Notes under the pieces: model-generated
Databases searched by the model: none
Seen by the model: only the letters and a program-made list of their open reading frames with translations
Told to the model about the DNA's origin: nothing
Part shown: piece after piece, positions 29,286 to 39,895 of the stretch
How positions within the stretch are numbered: position 1 is the first letter of the stretch
How the letters are laid out: each line of letters opens with the position of its first letter
Translations under genes and position numbers: made by a program
Origin: Escherichia coli
GTDB taxonomy: Bacteria > Pseudomonadota > Gammaproteobacteria > Enterobacterales > Enterobacteriaceae
Length of the DNA: 64,000 bases
Assembly (NCBI RefSeq): GCF_002854065.1
Contig: NZ_CP024147.1
Direction: 5' to 3' (one strand)

Positions 29286-29878
29286 AACAGCCAAAAATAC
29301 CGGTGAAAATGCTGACAACACTCACGATATTGATGGTATTTCTCTGTGTCGGCAGTTATCTGTTAAGCCCAAAATGGCAGGCGGTACGTGCGGAGTATCA
29401 GCGTCAGCGCGATCCGCTACATCAGTTTGCCAGCCAGCAAACCCCGGAAGCGCAGCTTCAGGCATTGCAGGATAAAATCCGTGCTAATCCACAAAACAGC
29501 GAACAATGGGCGTTACTGGGCGAGTACTATCTGTGGCAAAACGATTACAGCAATTCGCTGCTGGCGTACCGTCAGGCGTTGCAACTACGTGGTGAGAACG
29601 CTGAACTGTATGCGGCGCTGGCGACGGTGCTTTATTACCAGGCCAGCCAGCATATGACCGCCCAGACTCGCGCAATGATCGACAAAGCCCTCGCGCTGGA
29701 CTCTAACGAAATCACCGCTCTGATGCTGCTGGCTTCCGATGCGTTTATGCAGGCGAATTACGCGCAAGCCATCGAACTATGGCAAAAAGTGATGGATCTC
29801 AACTCACCCCGGATCAACCGGACACAGCTGGTCGAGTCGATTAATATGGCGAAACTGTTGCAGCGGAGATCGGATTAA
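29282..29878 (+). CDS. nrfG: TPR-repeat haem lyase accessory protein NrfG
   Basis: 198 aa from [14 protein letters not shown]-like repeats. Confidence 0.85.
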
Positions 29879-30219
29879 TCATCTGGTGATGAAGATTATG
29901 TTATTGAGCTGCATAAAAAATAATCGAATGAACATATGCCAAAAATAATCACCAATCAGTATTATTGCAGATTAAACAAATAAAAATCTTTCCATAACAA
30001 ATGGTTATTCATTAATCCTGCCATAAACTCGCGTTATTATGCATTAATGCAGCGAAAAGCTCTGTTGTTAAAGGGTTGCGCAACATACCGCGCAAATGAT
30101 ACTGATCATAAGCGTTAAAAAAATCCACAAACCAACGCAACACAATTCATGCCCTGGCAGTATGTCACGTTCTCGCGTTTCTGAACGGGGAACGGCGCTC
30201 CATTGAGGAAGTTATTCTG

Positions 30220-31533
30220 ATGAAAAATATAAAATTCAGCCTGGCCTGGCAGATTCTGTTTGCTATGGTGCTGGGCATTCTCCTGGGAAGCTACCTGCAC
30301 TACCATAGCGACAGCCGCGACTGGCTGGTCGTCAATTTGCTCTCTCCGGCGGGTGATATCTTCATCCATCTGATCAAAATGATTGTTGTGCCGATTGTGA
30401 TCTCCACGCTGGTGGTGGGTATCGCGGGTGTTGGTGATGCCAAACAGCTCGGGCGTATTGGCGCGAAAACCATTATCTACTTCGAGGTGATCACCACCGT
30501 CGCCATCATTTTGGGGATCACTCTGGCGAACGTCTTCCAGCCCGGTGCCGGGGTGGATATGTCGCAGTTGGCGACCGTCGATATCTCGAAATATCAGAGC
30601 ACTACGGAAGCGGTACAAAGCAGTTCCCACGGCATTATGGGCACGATTTTGTCGCTGGTGCCGACGAACATTGTGGCGTCGATGGCGAAAGGCGAAATGC
30701 TGCCGATCATCTTCTTCTCGGTGCTGTTTGGTCTGGGGCTTTCCTCCCTGCCCGCGACGCATCGTGAACCGCTGGTGACCGTGTTCCGCTCCATCTCTGA
30801 AACCATGTTTAAAGTGACTCACATGGTGATGCGTTATGCGCCGGTGGGTGTGTTTGCGCTGATTGCGGTGACGGTGGCTAACTTTGGTTTCTCTTCTCTG
30901 TGGCCACTGGCGAAACTGGTGCTGCTGGTGCATTTCGCCATTCTGTTCTTCGCGCTGGTAGTGCTGGGAATTGTGGCGCGCCTGTGCGGGTTAAGCGTCT
31001 GGATCCTGATTCGTATTCTGAAAGATGAGCTGATTCTGGCGTACTCCACTGCCAGCTCTGAAAGCGTACTGCCGCGAATTATTGAGAAGATGGAAGCCTA
31101 CGGAGCACCGGCGTCGATCACCAGTTTCGTGGTGCCGACCGGTTACTCTTTTAACCTTGATGGTTCGACGCTGTACCAAAGTATTGCCGCTATTTTCATC
31201 GCTCAGCTGTATGGCATTGACCTGTCCATCTGGCAGGAAATCATTCTGGTGCTGACGCTGATGGTGACCTCGAAAGGGATTGCTGGCGTGCCTGGCGTGT
31301 CGTTTGTGGTGTTGCTGGCAACGCTGGGTAGCGTAGGTATTCCGCTGGAAGGTCTGGCGTTTATTGCTGGTGTTGACCGTATCCTCGACATGGCGCGTAC
31401 TGCGCTGAACGTGGTGGGTAATGCGCTGGCGGTGCTGGTGATTGCCAAGTGGGAACACAAATTTGACCGCAAAAAGGCGCTGGCTTATGAGCGTGAAGTG
31501 CTGGGCAAATTTGATAAAACTGCGGATCAATAA
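30220..31533 (+). CDS. gltP: proton/glutamate-aspartate symporter
   Basis: 437 aa DAACS family membrane protein. Confidence 0.93.
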   Translation: MKNIKFSLAWQILFAMVLGILLGSYLHYHSDSRDWLVVNLLSPAGDIFIHLIKMIVVPIVISTLVVGIAGVGDAKQLGRIGAKTIIYFEVITTVAIILGITLANVFQPGAGVDMSQLATVDISKYQSTTEAVQSSSHGIMGTILSLVPTNIVASMAKGEMLPIIFFSVLFGLGLSSLPATHREPLVTVFRSISETMFKVTHMVMRYAPVGVFALIAVTVANFGFSSLWPLAKLVLLVHFAILFFALVVLGIVARLCGLSVWILIRILKDELILAYSTASSESVLPRIIEKMEAYGAPASITSFVVPTGYSFNLDGSTLYQSIAAIFIAQLYGIDLSIWQEIILVLTLMVTSKGIAGVPGVSFVVLLATLGSVGIPLEGLAFIAGVDRILDMARTALNVVGNALAVLVIAKWEHKFDRKKALAYEREVLGKFDKTADQ

Positions 31534-31540
31534 TTGAAGA

Positions 31541-31563
31541 TTGCCGGGGTTATCCCCCGGCAA
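31541..31563 (+). terminator. gltP terminator hairpin
   Basis: ttgccggggg-ttat-cccccggcaa hairpin immediately after the stop. Confidence 0.65.
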
Positions 31564-31570
31564 TGTGTGG

Positions 31571-31712
31571 ATGCCTGATGCGACGCTGGTGCGTCTTATC
31601 AGGCCTACGTCAGACAGCGCAATAGCCTGATTTAGCGTGATTTTGTAGGTCGGATAAGGCGTTTACGCCGCATCCGACATCAACGCCTGATGCGACGCTT
31701 AACGCGTCTTAT
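31571..31712. repeat. BIME: cluster of three REP elements between gltP and yjcO
   Basis: gatgcctgatgcgacgc...gtcttatcaggcctac, gtaggtcggataaggcgtttacgccgcatccgac, gcctgatgcgacgcttaacgcgtcttatcgggcctat. Confidence 0.85.
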
Positions 31713-31722
31713 CGGGCCTATC

Positions 31723-32412
31723 TTAACCGTTGGTTAATTTTTCAAACTCTTCACACCCGGTATCAAACCCTTCCATACAGCTCAGGTTCAACCAGTGCAG
31801 CGCCTTTTGCTTGTTCTTCTCGATAAAACCTTCTTCACCGTTTAAGAACATCATTCCCGCCCAGTACTCGGAATAACCGGTTCGGGAAATTGCAGAGCTG
31901 CGTTTGAAATACCAGGTTGCCTTGTCATCGTCGGCCTTAATGCCCACGCCGTTGGCGTAAATCAAACCAAGCAGCATTTGGGCATCGACGGCAGAGTCGT
32001 TCTCCAGATCTTCCGAGGCGTTTTCTAACAGCGAAATCGCCTTTGGATAATCCGGTTTGCCCGCTTGAGTATTTACCAGAATATGCGCCAGCGTTACTTC
32101 ACCTTCTTTACTTCCCGCTTGCGCCGCTTTCTCTGCAAGAACTTTTGCTTGTGGATAGTCCAGACTGACCGGATTGGTGATTTTGATCTGCGCCAACAGC
32201 GCGCAGGCATCAGCATCACCGCTGTCGGCGGCTTTCTGTGCCCAATATTCGGCTTTGCTCAAATCGCCGGAGCTAAACCAGCTGTCGGCAAGAAAATATT
32301 GTGCGCGTCGGTCCCCGGCCTCTGCTGCCTTTAAATACTGGCTGCCAGGCTCGGAGTCGTTGGCGTGGGCAAAGAATGTCAAAAACAACATCAATGCGAT
32401 AATTTTTTTCAT
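31723..32412 (-). CDS. yjcO: Sel1-repeat periplasmic protein
   Basis: 229 aa; signal peptide MKKIIALMLFLTFFAHA; repeated Sel1-like motifs. Confidence 0.85.
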   Translation of the reverse strand: MKKIIALMLFLTFFAHANDSEPGSQYLKAAEAGDRRAQYFLADSWFSSGDLSKAEYWAQKAADSGDADACALLAQIKITNPVSLDYPQAKVLAEKAAQAGSKEGEVTLAHILVNTQAGKPDYPKAISLLENASEDLENDSAVDAQMLLGLIYANGVGIKADDDKATWYFKRSSAISRTGYSEYWAGMMFLNGEEGFIEKNKQKALHWLNLSCMEGFDTGCEEFEKLTNG

Positions 32413-32505
32413 TTTGATAATACGATTGGGTAGGGAGTAACCAGTATAAAGAGTTCGAATGGATAAAAAAACAGCCTCCGAAAGGAGGCTGTAGAAAGGA
32501 CTGTA

Positions 32506-34653
32506 TTACGCCAGTGCCGCTTCGCGCAGGCGAGTTTTCAACTTGTTGTACTCGTCAATCACGTACTGCTCGGCGGCGCGCTGATCGGCGATCGGCTCGA
32601 CGCGCACGGCGCAGTATTTGTATTCCGGCGTTTTCGTAATCGGGCTTAAGTTTTCGGTAACCAGCTCGTTACAGGCACCAATCCACCACTGGTAGGTCAT
32701 ATAAATCGCCCCTTTGTTCGGACGATCGCTGACCTGCGCACGGGTGATAATTTTGCCTTTACGCGAGTGCACCCAAACCAATGCCTCATCTTCAATACCC
32801 AGACGTTTGGCGTCTTCGGTATTGATTTGTGCGTAGCCAGGTTCATCCGCCAGCGCCGCCAGTGCCGCACAGTTACCGGTCATCGAACGGCAAGAGTAGT
32901 GACCAACTTCACGCACCGTTGACAGTACCATCGGGTACTCGTCGGTGAGTTTGTCGATTGGCGCTACCCAGTCGCAGGTGAAGAACTGCGCCAGACCGTT
33001 CGGGGTATCAAACTTCTCTTTAAACAGATAAGAAGTCCCCTGATCGGCATCTGAAGTATCGCGGCAAGGCCACTGAATGAAGCCCAGTTCGCCCATTTTC
33101 TCGTAAGTCGCACCGTAGAAATCCGGGCACAGATGACGCAACTCATCCCAGATCTCCTGGGTGTTGTTGTAGTGCATCGGATAACCCATACGGGTGGCGA
33201 TTTCACTGATGATTTGCCAGTCCGTTTTCAGATCCCATTTCGGTTCAACTGCTTTGAAGAAACGCTGGAAGCCACGGTCAGCCGCAGTAAACACGCCTTC
33301 ATGCTCGCCCCACGACGTTGACGGTAAAATAACATCCGCCGCCGACGCGGTTTTGGTCATAAAGATGTCCTGAACGATGACCAGTTCCAGATCTTCAAAG
33401 GCTTTACGTACTGCCGACAGCTCCGCGTCAGTTTGTAGCGGATCTTCGCCCATAATGTACGCGGCACGCACTTCGCCATGCGCTGCGCGGTGCGGCAGCT
33501 CGCTGATGCGATAACCGGTATGAGCAGGCAGGCTTTCCACGCCCCAGGCTTTGGCGAATTTCTCGCGGTTAGCCGGATCTTTCACATACTGGTATCCCGG
33601 ATACGTATCCGGCAGCGCGCCCATATCGCAGGCACCCTGAACGTTGTTCTGACCACGAACCGGGTTAACACCCGCATGTGGCTTACCGAGGTTACCGGTC
33701 AGCATCGCGAGGCTGGTCAGAGAACGCACGGTTTCCACGCCCTGGTAGAACTGGGTTACACCCATGCCCCACAGGATGGCGGCGCTTTTCGCCTGGGCAT
33801 ACATCCGTGCCGCCTGACGAATCTCACTGGCGCTGACGCCGGTGATATCTTCAACCGACTCCGGCGTGTAGCCTTCAACGATTTTACGATACTCTTCAAA
33901 GCCTTCTGTACGTGAAGCGACGAACGCTTTGTCGTACAGATTTTCTTCAATAATGACATGGCCCATCGCATTCAACAGCGCGATGTTCGAGCCGTTTTTC
34001 AGTGCAATGTGCATGTCAGCAATGCGCGCGGTTTCAATTTTGCGCGGATCGCAGACGATAATTTTCGCCCCGTTACGTTTAGCGTTAATTACGTGATTCG
34101 CTACGATTGGGTGGGAATCCGCCGGGTTGTACCCGAAAACGAACACTAAATCGGTATTATCAATTTCGTTAATAGCATTGCTCATTGCGCCATTACCGAC
34201 CGATTGGTGCAGACCTGCAACCGATGGGCCGTGTCAGACACGAGCGCAGCAGTCAACGTTATTGGTACCAATAACGGCGCGCGCAAATTTTTGCATTACA
34301 TAGTTGGTTTCGTTACCCGTACCACGCGAGGAGCCGGTCGTCTGGATGGCATCCGGACCGTACTTCTCTTTGATGGCGCTCAGGCGCTCGGCAACGTAAT
34401 TCAGTGCCTCATCCCAGGAAACAGGTTCGAGTTTGCCGCCACGCTGGCGACGGATCATGGGGGTTTTCAGGCGCGGGGTCAGGATCTGGGTATCGTTAAT
34501 GAAATCCCAGCCATAATAACCCTTCAGACACAGGGTACCCTGGTTGGTTTTCCCCTGCGCTGCCTCCGCCCGGACGATTTTGCCGTTATCGACGACCAGG
34601 TTGATTTTGCAACCTGATGCGCAATAGGGGCAAACCGTGACGACTTTTTTCAT
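32506..34653 (-). CDS. fdhF: formate dehydrogenase H, selenocysteine-containing molybdoenzyme (UGA-Sec at 34234..34236)
   Basis: Two in-frame ORFs separated only by TGA; N-terminus MKKVVTVCPYCASGCKINLVVDNGK (4Fe-4S), residues flanking the TGA are ...CCARV-U-HGPSVAGL; total 715 aa. Confidence 0.95.
34195..34233 (-). other. SECIS element (bacterial selenocysteine insertion hairpin) of fdhF
   Basis: mRNA sequence immediately 3' of UGA: CACGGCCCAUCGGUUGCAGGUCUGCACCAAUCGGUCGGU, matching my recollection of the fdhF SECIS. Confidence 0.85.
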
Positions 34654-34703
34654 CGGTCTCGCTCCAGTTAATCAAATCACGCATACGCGCTCTCGACTAC
34701 AGT

Positions 34704-34719
34704 ATGCATCTTTTATGCC
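34704..34719 (-). promoter_or_regulatory. sigma-54 (-24/-12) promoter of fdhF
   Basis: Minus-strand reading TGGCAT-aaaag-ATGCA versus consensus TGGCAC-N5-TTGCA, ~50 bp upstream of the fdhF start. Confidence 0.7.
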
Positions 34720-34850
34720 ACATTTTATTTGGGGTCATTCCCTGATATTACGGGCACTATTTATTCAAAACTCTGACGAAAAACAGGCTGTCGTCAGTTT
34801 TGACGTGACGAAACGAAATACCGCGTGACAGCCATCACGCGGCAGACATT

Positions 34851-36314
34851 TTATTTTTTCTCGACGACGGGACCTGCCTGATACCCGCCGCCCAGCGATT
34901 TCATCAACTGAATGCTTTGGATCACCCGGCGGCTGTCCAGCATCAGTAATGACATCTCTTCGGCAAGTACTGGCAACCGGGCTTCAGTGGCCTGTAAGCG
35001 GCTGGTTAAGCCGCGCTGATAGGCGGCCTCGGCAGCGCGCTGGGTGAAGCGCGTTGCTTCCACGCGTTCAGCCTGCATTTCTCGCTCGTCGTTGAGCGTT
35101 TGCAGACGCGTGCCGTTGACGGCAACGTCACGCACCGCGTTCAGTACTGACTGGTTGTAACGTTCAATCATGTTGCTGGCGGCGCGCGTACCTTCGAGAT
35201 TGGCATTCAACCGTCCACCGTCAAACAGCGGCAATTTCAGACCCGGGATGAAGTTGAACTGGCGACTGGTTTTTTTGAATAAGGTATCCAGATGGATGGA
35301 GTCCAGACCGAAAAACGCTTTGATATCAAAGCTTGGGTAGAACAGCGCCCGCGCGGAATCCACCTGATCTAATGACGCCTGAACATACCAGCGCATGGCT
35401 TGCAGATCCGGGCGTCTGGCGAGCAACTCATAAGAGAGTGTCGCCGGAATGCCGGTCTGGACTCGTGGTAATGCCACCGGTTTGATCTCCGGCATATCGC
35501 TGGCTCCCGCGCCAATCAATGCGCGCAGAGATTCTCGCGTTTCGGTGATTTGCCCTTTAACGGCAGCAATTTGTTTATCGACCGCCAGAATCTGTGCCCG
35601 CGCGCCGTGGAAAGGCACTTGCGCTTCCAGACCGTGCGCCACTTTACGTTGGTGCGCTTTCACCGCGTAATCAATCACATCGCGAGTTTGTTCTAACAGA
35701 TCGAGCATCTGATAGCTGGCCTGCATACTGTAATAAAGCTGCGCTACGCCCGTGGTCAGCGATAGCTCTACTGCTGCGGTTTCTGCCAGCGCGGCATTAT
35801 GCGCGCCAATGGCGGCGGCAACCGCTGAGCGATGCACACCCCACAAATCAAGATCCAGTCCGGCAAACAAACCTACTGTGGCTTCCGTATAGTACGGCCC
35901 GTCCATACCCAGTGCTGGCGCATCCATCGCATAAGGGCTTAAAAAGCCGTTCGCCGAGACGCGTTGGCGGTTGAGCATCCCTAACGCTGCGACCTGTAAT
36001 TGTGAACCGGCATCTAACAAATCGGCCTGGGACTGCGCTTTTTCTTCCCGCAGTTTCGCTTCGGCGAGGGTGTGTGAACCACTTAGCGTCCGTTGGATCA
36101 GCGCATCCAGCTGTGGGTCATTGAGTTGTTTCCACCACTGCGCCTGCGGCCAGCCGGAGCTGGCAAGATGAATATCATCGGCCAGTTTGATTTGTTCCGG
36201 TTTGAGCTGTTGATGAGGCGCAGAATCCTTGCGTACCAGGGCACAGCCGGAAATCAGCGTCGTGCTGCCGAGAATGCTGCACAACAGCAGACGTGAAAGT
36301 TGACGATTGATCAT
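34851..36314 (-). CDS. mdtP: outer-membrane efflux channel (TolC/OprM family) of the MdtNOP system
   Basis: 487 aa; lipoprotein signal LISGCALV. Confidence 0.88.
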   Translation of the reverse strand: MINRQLSRLLLCSILGSTTLISGCALVRKDSAPHQQLKPEQIKLADDIHLASSGWPQAQWWKQLNDPQLDALIQRTLSGSHTLAEAKLREEKAQSQADLLDAGSQLQVAALGMLNRQRVSANGFLSPYAMDAPALGMDGPYYTEATVGLFAGLDLDLWGVHRSAVAAAIGAHNAALAETAAVELSLTTGVAQLYYSMQASYQMLDLLEQTRDVIDYAVKAHQRKVAHGLEAQVPFHGARAQILAVDKQIAAVKGQITETRESLRALIGAGASDMPEIKPVALPRVQTGIPATLSYELLARRPDLQAMRWYVQASLDQVDSARALFYPSFDIKAFFGLDSIHLDTLFKKTSRQFNFIPGLKLPLFDGGRLNANLEGTRAASNMIERYNQSVLNAVRDVAVNGTRLQTLNDEREMQAERVEATRFTQRAAEAAYQRGLTSRLQATEARLPVLAEEMSLLMLDSRRVIQSIQLMKSLGGGYQAGPVVEKK

Positions 36315-38362
36315 TGCGTGGCTCCTTGTGCCTGTTCCGTGGCGGGCGTTAATGCCGGGGCTGTCCAGTCTGGCAAGCGGGCGAAAAGCTGGCAGACGTG
36401 TTGCTCCTGTTTTAATAAGGTGGGCAGGATGGCCTGCGAGGCGGGTGTCTCTTCAAGCGTTATTTGAGGAGAACGGCTGAGTGCGGTTGCCAGACCGGCA
36501 GCGTATTTTTCCAGGGCGTCGGCAAACTGACCTGCTCTGTCCGGCTGTAGTGCGTTATCCAGCGCCTGCGCCGAGTTCCAGGTGGCATCCCAGGCGTGAA
36601 GAAGATCGCGGCCCTGACGAATAACCGTTTGCGAACGTTCAATCAGTAAGGCGCGTTCTTCGCTGTCCAGTTGACGCTCCAGCGCCACGCGTTGGCACAT
36701 CTCTTCACAGGCATTAAACGCCGCATGCAGACCTATACGAATTTGCAGATAAGTGCGCAGAGCCGTGACTTCCTGCTGGCGTGGGATCCGCATTACTTTA
36801 CTTAGCATACCCAGCGCACCGGCCAGTTTTTGCGGCAGCGTGCGCGCTTCACTTTCAGGCCAGACAAAGGTGCAAATCACCGCAGACACCACGGTACCAA
36901 TGATAATACCCAGGGCGCGATCGCGAATTTCCACCAGGTCGTACACCGGACCAAAAACGTTTTCGAGCGTGGCGAGCGCGAAGGTGACCACCATCTGTGT
37001 GCCGATATAAGAAGAGCGTTCAGAGCTGGTGGTAATCCATGCGCCCAACAGGAAAATCGGTGCCAGCACAAACAGCAATTCGACAATATTGTCCAGCCAG
37101 GGCATGACCAGTAGCGTGAATAACAGCGCCAGAATCACGCCGCAAAAGGCCCCGCCAAAACGCAGCACCATCTTCTGGTACGACGAACCGACATTTGGGT
37201 TAGCGACGATCACGCAGGTCAGCATACAGGTATGAATGCCTTCCCAGTCCACGCCGCTGTAGAAGGTGTAACAGATCAAACAGGCGAGCAGCGTTTTTAC
37301 CGCGTAGCGCATATAGTCTGGATTGGTAAAAGCATCGGCGACCATTGATGGCGGTTTGGCGGCGGGCGTTGGCGGCGTATTCGGGTCCATCTGACCAAGC
37401 TGTAACAGCGTCTGGCAGATATTCTCCAGGTTACATTCCCGTGCCGCCATCGCTTCACTTTCACTGATCTGCCAGTCGCTTTGCCAGCACTGACCTTCGG
37501 TAATGGCATGCTGCAGCTTGTTGATTTCTGAAGCTAATTTTTGTCGGAATTCAATAATTGCCTGAGAATCAGCAAAAGAGGTGGGATCGTAGCGATTCAG
37601 TGTCGAGTAAATGTAGGTTACCGTTGCCACGCAGCTTTGCCACCATGCACTCTGGGTTCGCCAGTTGGCATCGTCCGCGAGGCAAAAGACATTGAGTTTT
37701 TGCAGCGCCAGCGCCTCTCTTTCAATCCGCGTTTCGGGTAGCGGTGCGAGGCTGTCCGTCAGGTGGCTAATGGCATCATCAAGCCGATCATTAAGCACCT
37801 GATGCATTTGCGAAATGGCACGACTGGGAAACCACAGCACGCCGATTAACGTCATCAATAACGTCGGGTAGAGGCCGACAACGATACACCACAGGGTTAA
37901 GCGCACGACCACTTCCGGATAGTCGAGCATGGCGGGGAAGGTTTGCCCGTAAATAGCGACAATGGCGACGGCGAAAAAGACCAGCCCCAACCGATGGGTG
38001 CGCATCAAAAACATGCAGCCCATCAGGATCGGTCCGGCGATGATCAGCCGGATCAGAGGCTCGCCGTATGACCATTTGTAGATCAAAAACAGGCTGCCGA
38101 TCTCCAGCACCGTGGCAACCACAAACAAGATCGCCACAAATTTGGTGTAAAACGCGTTCGACTGAATACCGTAAAACAGCACTGCCAGCGATAACGCCAC
38201 GAAAGGGATCTCAAAGGTCATCGAGATCAGAATCACCAGCAGGCAGCCTACCCAGAGTTGCACGGTCTGCGGCACGCGACCTGGTCGCCGCTCGCTTAAC
38301 TCTTCATGAAAGAACGCCAGCAGCCTGACCACCGGTAATGGCAGGGAGTTGAGCGCGCTCAT
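36311..38362 (-). CDS. mdtO: inner-membrane efflux protein (AaeB/FUSC family)
   Basis: 683 aa polytopic protein; stop/start overlaps with mdtN and mdtP. Confidence 0.88.
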   Translation of the reverse strand: MSALNSLPLPVVRLLAFFHEELSERRPGRVPQTVQLWVGCLLVILISMTFEIPFVALSLAVLFYGIQSNAFYTKFVAILFVVATVLEIGSLFLIYKWSYGEPLIRLIIAGPILMGCMFLMRTHRLGLVFFAVAIVAIYGQTFPAMLDYPEVVVRLTLWCIVVGLYPTLLMTLIGVLWFPSRAISQMHQVLNDRLDDAISHLTDSLAPLPETRIEREALALQKLNVFCLADDANWRTQSAWWQSCVATVTYIYSTLNRYDPTSFADSQAIIEFRQKLASEINKLQHAITEGQCWQSDWQISESEAMAARECNLENICQTLLQLGQMDPNTPPTPAAKPPSMVADAFTNPDYMRYAVKTLLACLICYTFYSGVDWEGIHTCMLTCVIVANPNVGSSYQKMVLRFGGAFCGVILALLFTLLVMPWLDNIVELLFVLAPIFLLGAWITTSSERSSYIGTQMVVTFALATLENVFGPVYDLVEIRDRALGIIIGTVVSAVICTFVWPESEARTLPQKLAGALGMLSKVMRIPRQQEVTALRTYLQIRIGLHAAFNACEEMCQRVALERQLDSEERALLIERSQTVIRQGRDLLHAWDATWNSAQALDNALQPDRAGQFADALEKYAAGLATALSRSPQITLEETPASQAILPTLLKQEQHVCQLFARLPDWTAPALTPATEQAQGATQ

Positions 38363-39393
38363 TATTGCGGCTCAAGATTAGCGACTGCCGAAGCGCCGAT
38401 GCGGAACATTTCCGGGTCAGGTTTATCAACCATGATTTTGACCGGAAAACGCTGGGCAACGCGGACCCAGTTAATAGAACGAGAAACTTTCGGCAGGCCG
38501 CCCAGCACCAGGCCGCCGTCATCCGGTAGCACGCCGTAGCCAATTGAATCCACTTTACCCTCGAAAGTTTTGCCGCTGTCACTCATCAGGCGAATCGTTG
38601 CGGGTGTACCTGAGCGAATATTTTTCAGATCGGTTTCGCGGAAGTTGGCGATCACGTACCAGTGACGAGTGTCGATTAGGGTAAAAATAGGGCGCATGGC
38701 AGAAGCAAATTGCCCGACGGAGGTTTTGAGGGAAATGACCCGGCCATCAAACGGTGCGCGAACGGTCGCCATTTCCAGATGCAGTTTGGTCAGGGCAATA
38801 TCCGCTTCGACCGCCGCACGCTGGGCAACTAATGCATCCACGCCGCTGACGGCGCTGGCGGCTGACTGCGCCTGTAACAATACGGCATTAAGATCCGCTT
38901 CTGCGGCGCGCTGCGCGGTCCTCGCACGGTCAACGTCTTCCGCTGAGACAAAACCTTCTTTCAGTAATGGCTCGGTGCGGCGTAATGTATCTGTGGCCTG
39001 TTTCGCGGCGGCACGGGCTTTTTCTACCGTGGCATTAACCGAGTCGGCACCAAACTGTTGCGCGTCAACGCTACGCTGGGTGAGCATAATTTGTTTATCC
39101 AGCGCCGCGAGGGAGGCTTCGGCTTTCGCCAGATTGGCTTCGTACGGGCGCGGGTCGATGCGGAACAGCAAATCGCCCTGTTTGACTGCCTGGTTGTCGG
39201 TGACCGCCAGTTCTACAATGCGACCGCTGACTTCCGGCACCACATCAATGGTATCTGCTGACGCGTAAGCGTCATTAGTTGATGGCGCACTGTCTACGCG
39301 CCAGATAACGAAAACAAGGGCAACCAGCGCCAACGCAACCACTAACAGAGCAGGGAATTTACTGCGAGGAGCTTTTTTCGGCGTACTTTCCAT
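38362..39393 (-). CDS. mdtN: membrane fusion protein (HlyD/EmrA family)
   Basis: 343 aa; single N-terminal TM, coiled-coil region. Confidence 0.88.
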   Translation of the reverse strand: MESTPKKAPRSKFPALLVVALALVALVFVIWRVDSAPSTNDAYASADTIDVVPEVSGRIVELAVTDNQAVKQGDLLFRIDPRPYEANLAKAEASLAALDKQIMLTQRSVDAQQFGADSVNATVEKARAAAKQATDTLRRTEPLLKEGFVSAEDVDRARTAQRAAEADLNAVLLQAQSAASAVSGVDALVAQRAAVEADIALTKLHLEMATVRAPFDGRVISLKTSVGQFASAMRPIFTLIDTRHWYVIANFRETDLKNIRSGTPATIRLMSDSGKTFEGKVDSIGYGVLPDDGGLVLGGLPKVSRSINWVRVAQRFPVKIMVDKPDPEMFRIGASAVANLEPQ

Positions 39394-39411
39394 GAGCGCG
39401 TCTCAAATAGA

Positions 39412-39687
39412 TTAGAAAAATGCCAGCCAGAACAGCATGGCGTAGAGAGCAAAAAGGGCGGTATAAATAATTCCGACAAATGCCAGCTTGATATTTGCCC
39501 GCTGAATAACTCGCCTCGTGATGAGCGTCAAAATAAGGCTGGCAATGGCGCAGAAAAACCAGCTGGGATAATAAGCGCCGATCACCGGGATTGCCGGAGA
39601 TAATGAGCATCCCGAAACCATGAAGACGGGAATTATCCAGGCTGTTTTTTTGAGTTGCATCGCCATGCGAGAGAGAACTGTTGGCAT
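39412..39687 (-). CDS. ytcA: small lipoprotein YtcA
   Basis: 91 aa from MPTVLSRMAMQLKKTAWIIPVFMVSGCSL (lipobox). Confidence 0.75.
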   Translation of the reverse strand: MPTVLSRMAMQLKKTAWIIPVFMVSGCSLSPAIPVIGAYYPSWFFCAIASLILTLITRRVIQRANIKLAFVGIIYTALFALYAMLFWLAFF

Positions 39688-39860
39688 ATTAAATACATCC
39701 TGTCTGCTGCGAACAATATCTGTAGTGAATATCAATATCCATTGAAGGCGTCAGTATGGCTATTTTCTCGATGAATAAAAATAGCTTTATTCAGCCACCG
39801 CATTCATAACTTATATATTTTATTTATTAATTGGCTGTATATATTTTTAAAATAAATGCT

Positions 39861-39885
39861 TTTGGGGGCTTCAGGGCCCCCAAAA
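39861..39885. terminator. hairpin terminator downstream of yjcS
   Basis: tttgggggc-ttcag-ggcccccaaaa. Confidence 0.65.
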
Positions 39886-39895
39886 GCGAGTGACA

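Noticed and set aside
32506-34653. fdhF appearing as two separate ORFs (possible pseudogene)
   Set aside because: The break is a single in-frame TGA followed by a canonical SECIS hairpin, so it is selenocysteine recoding, not gene disruption.
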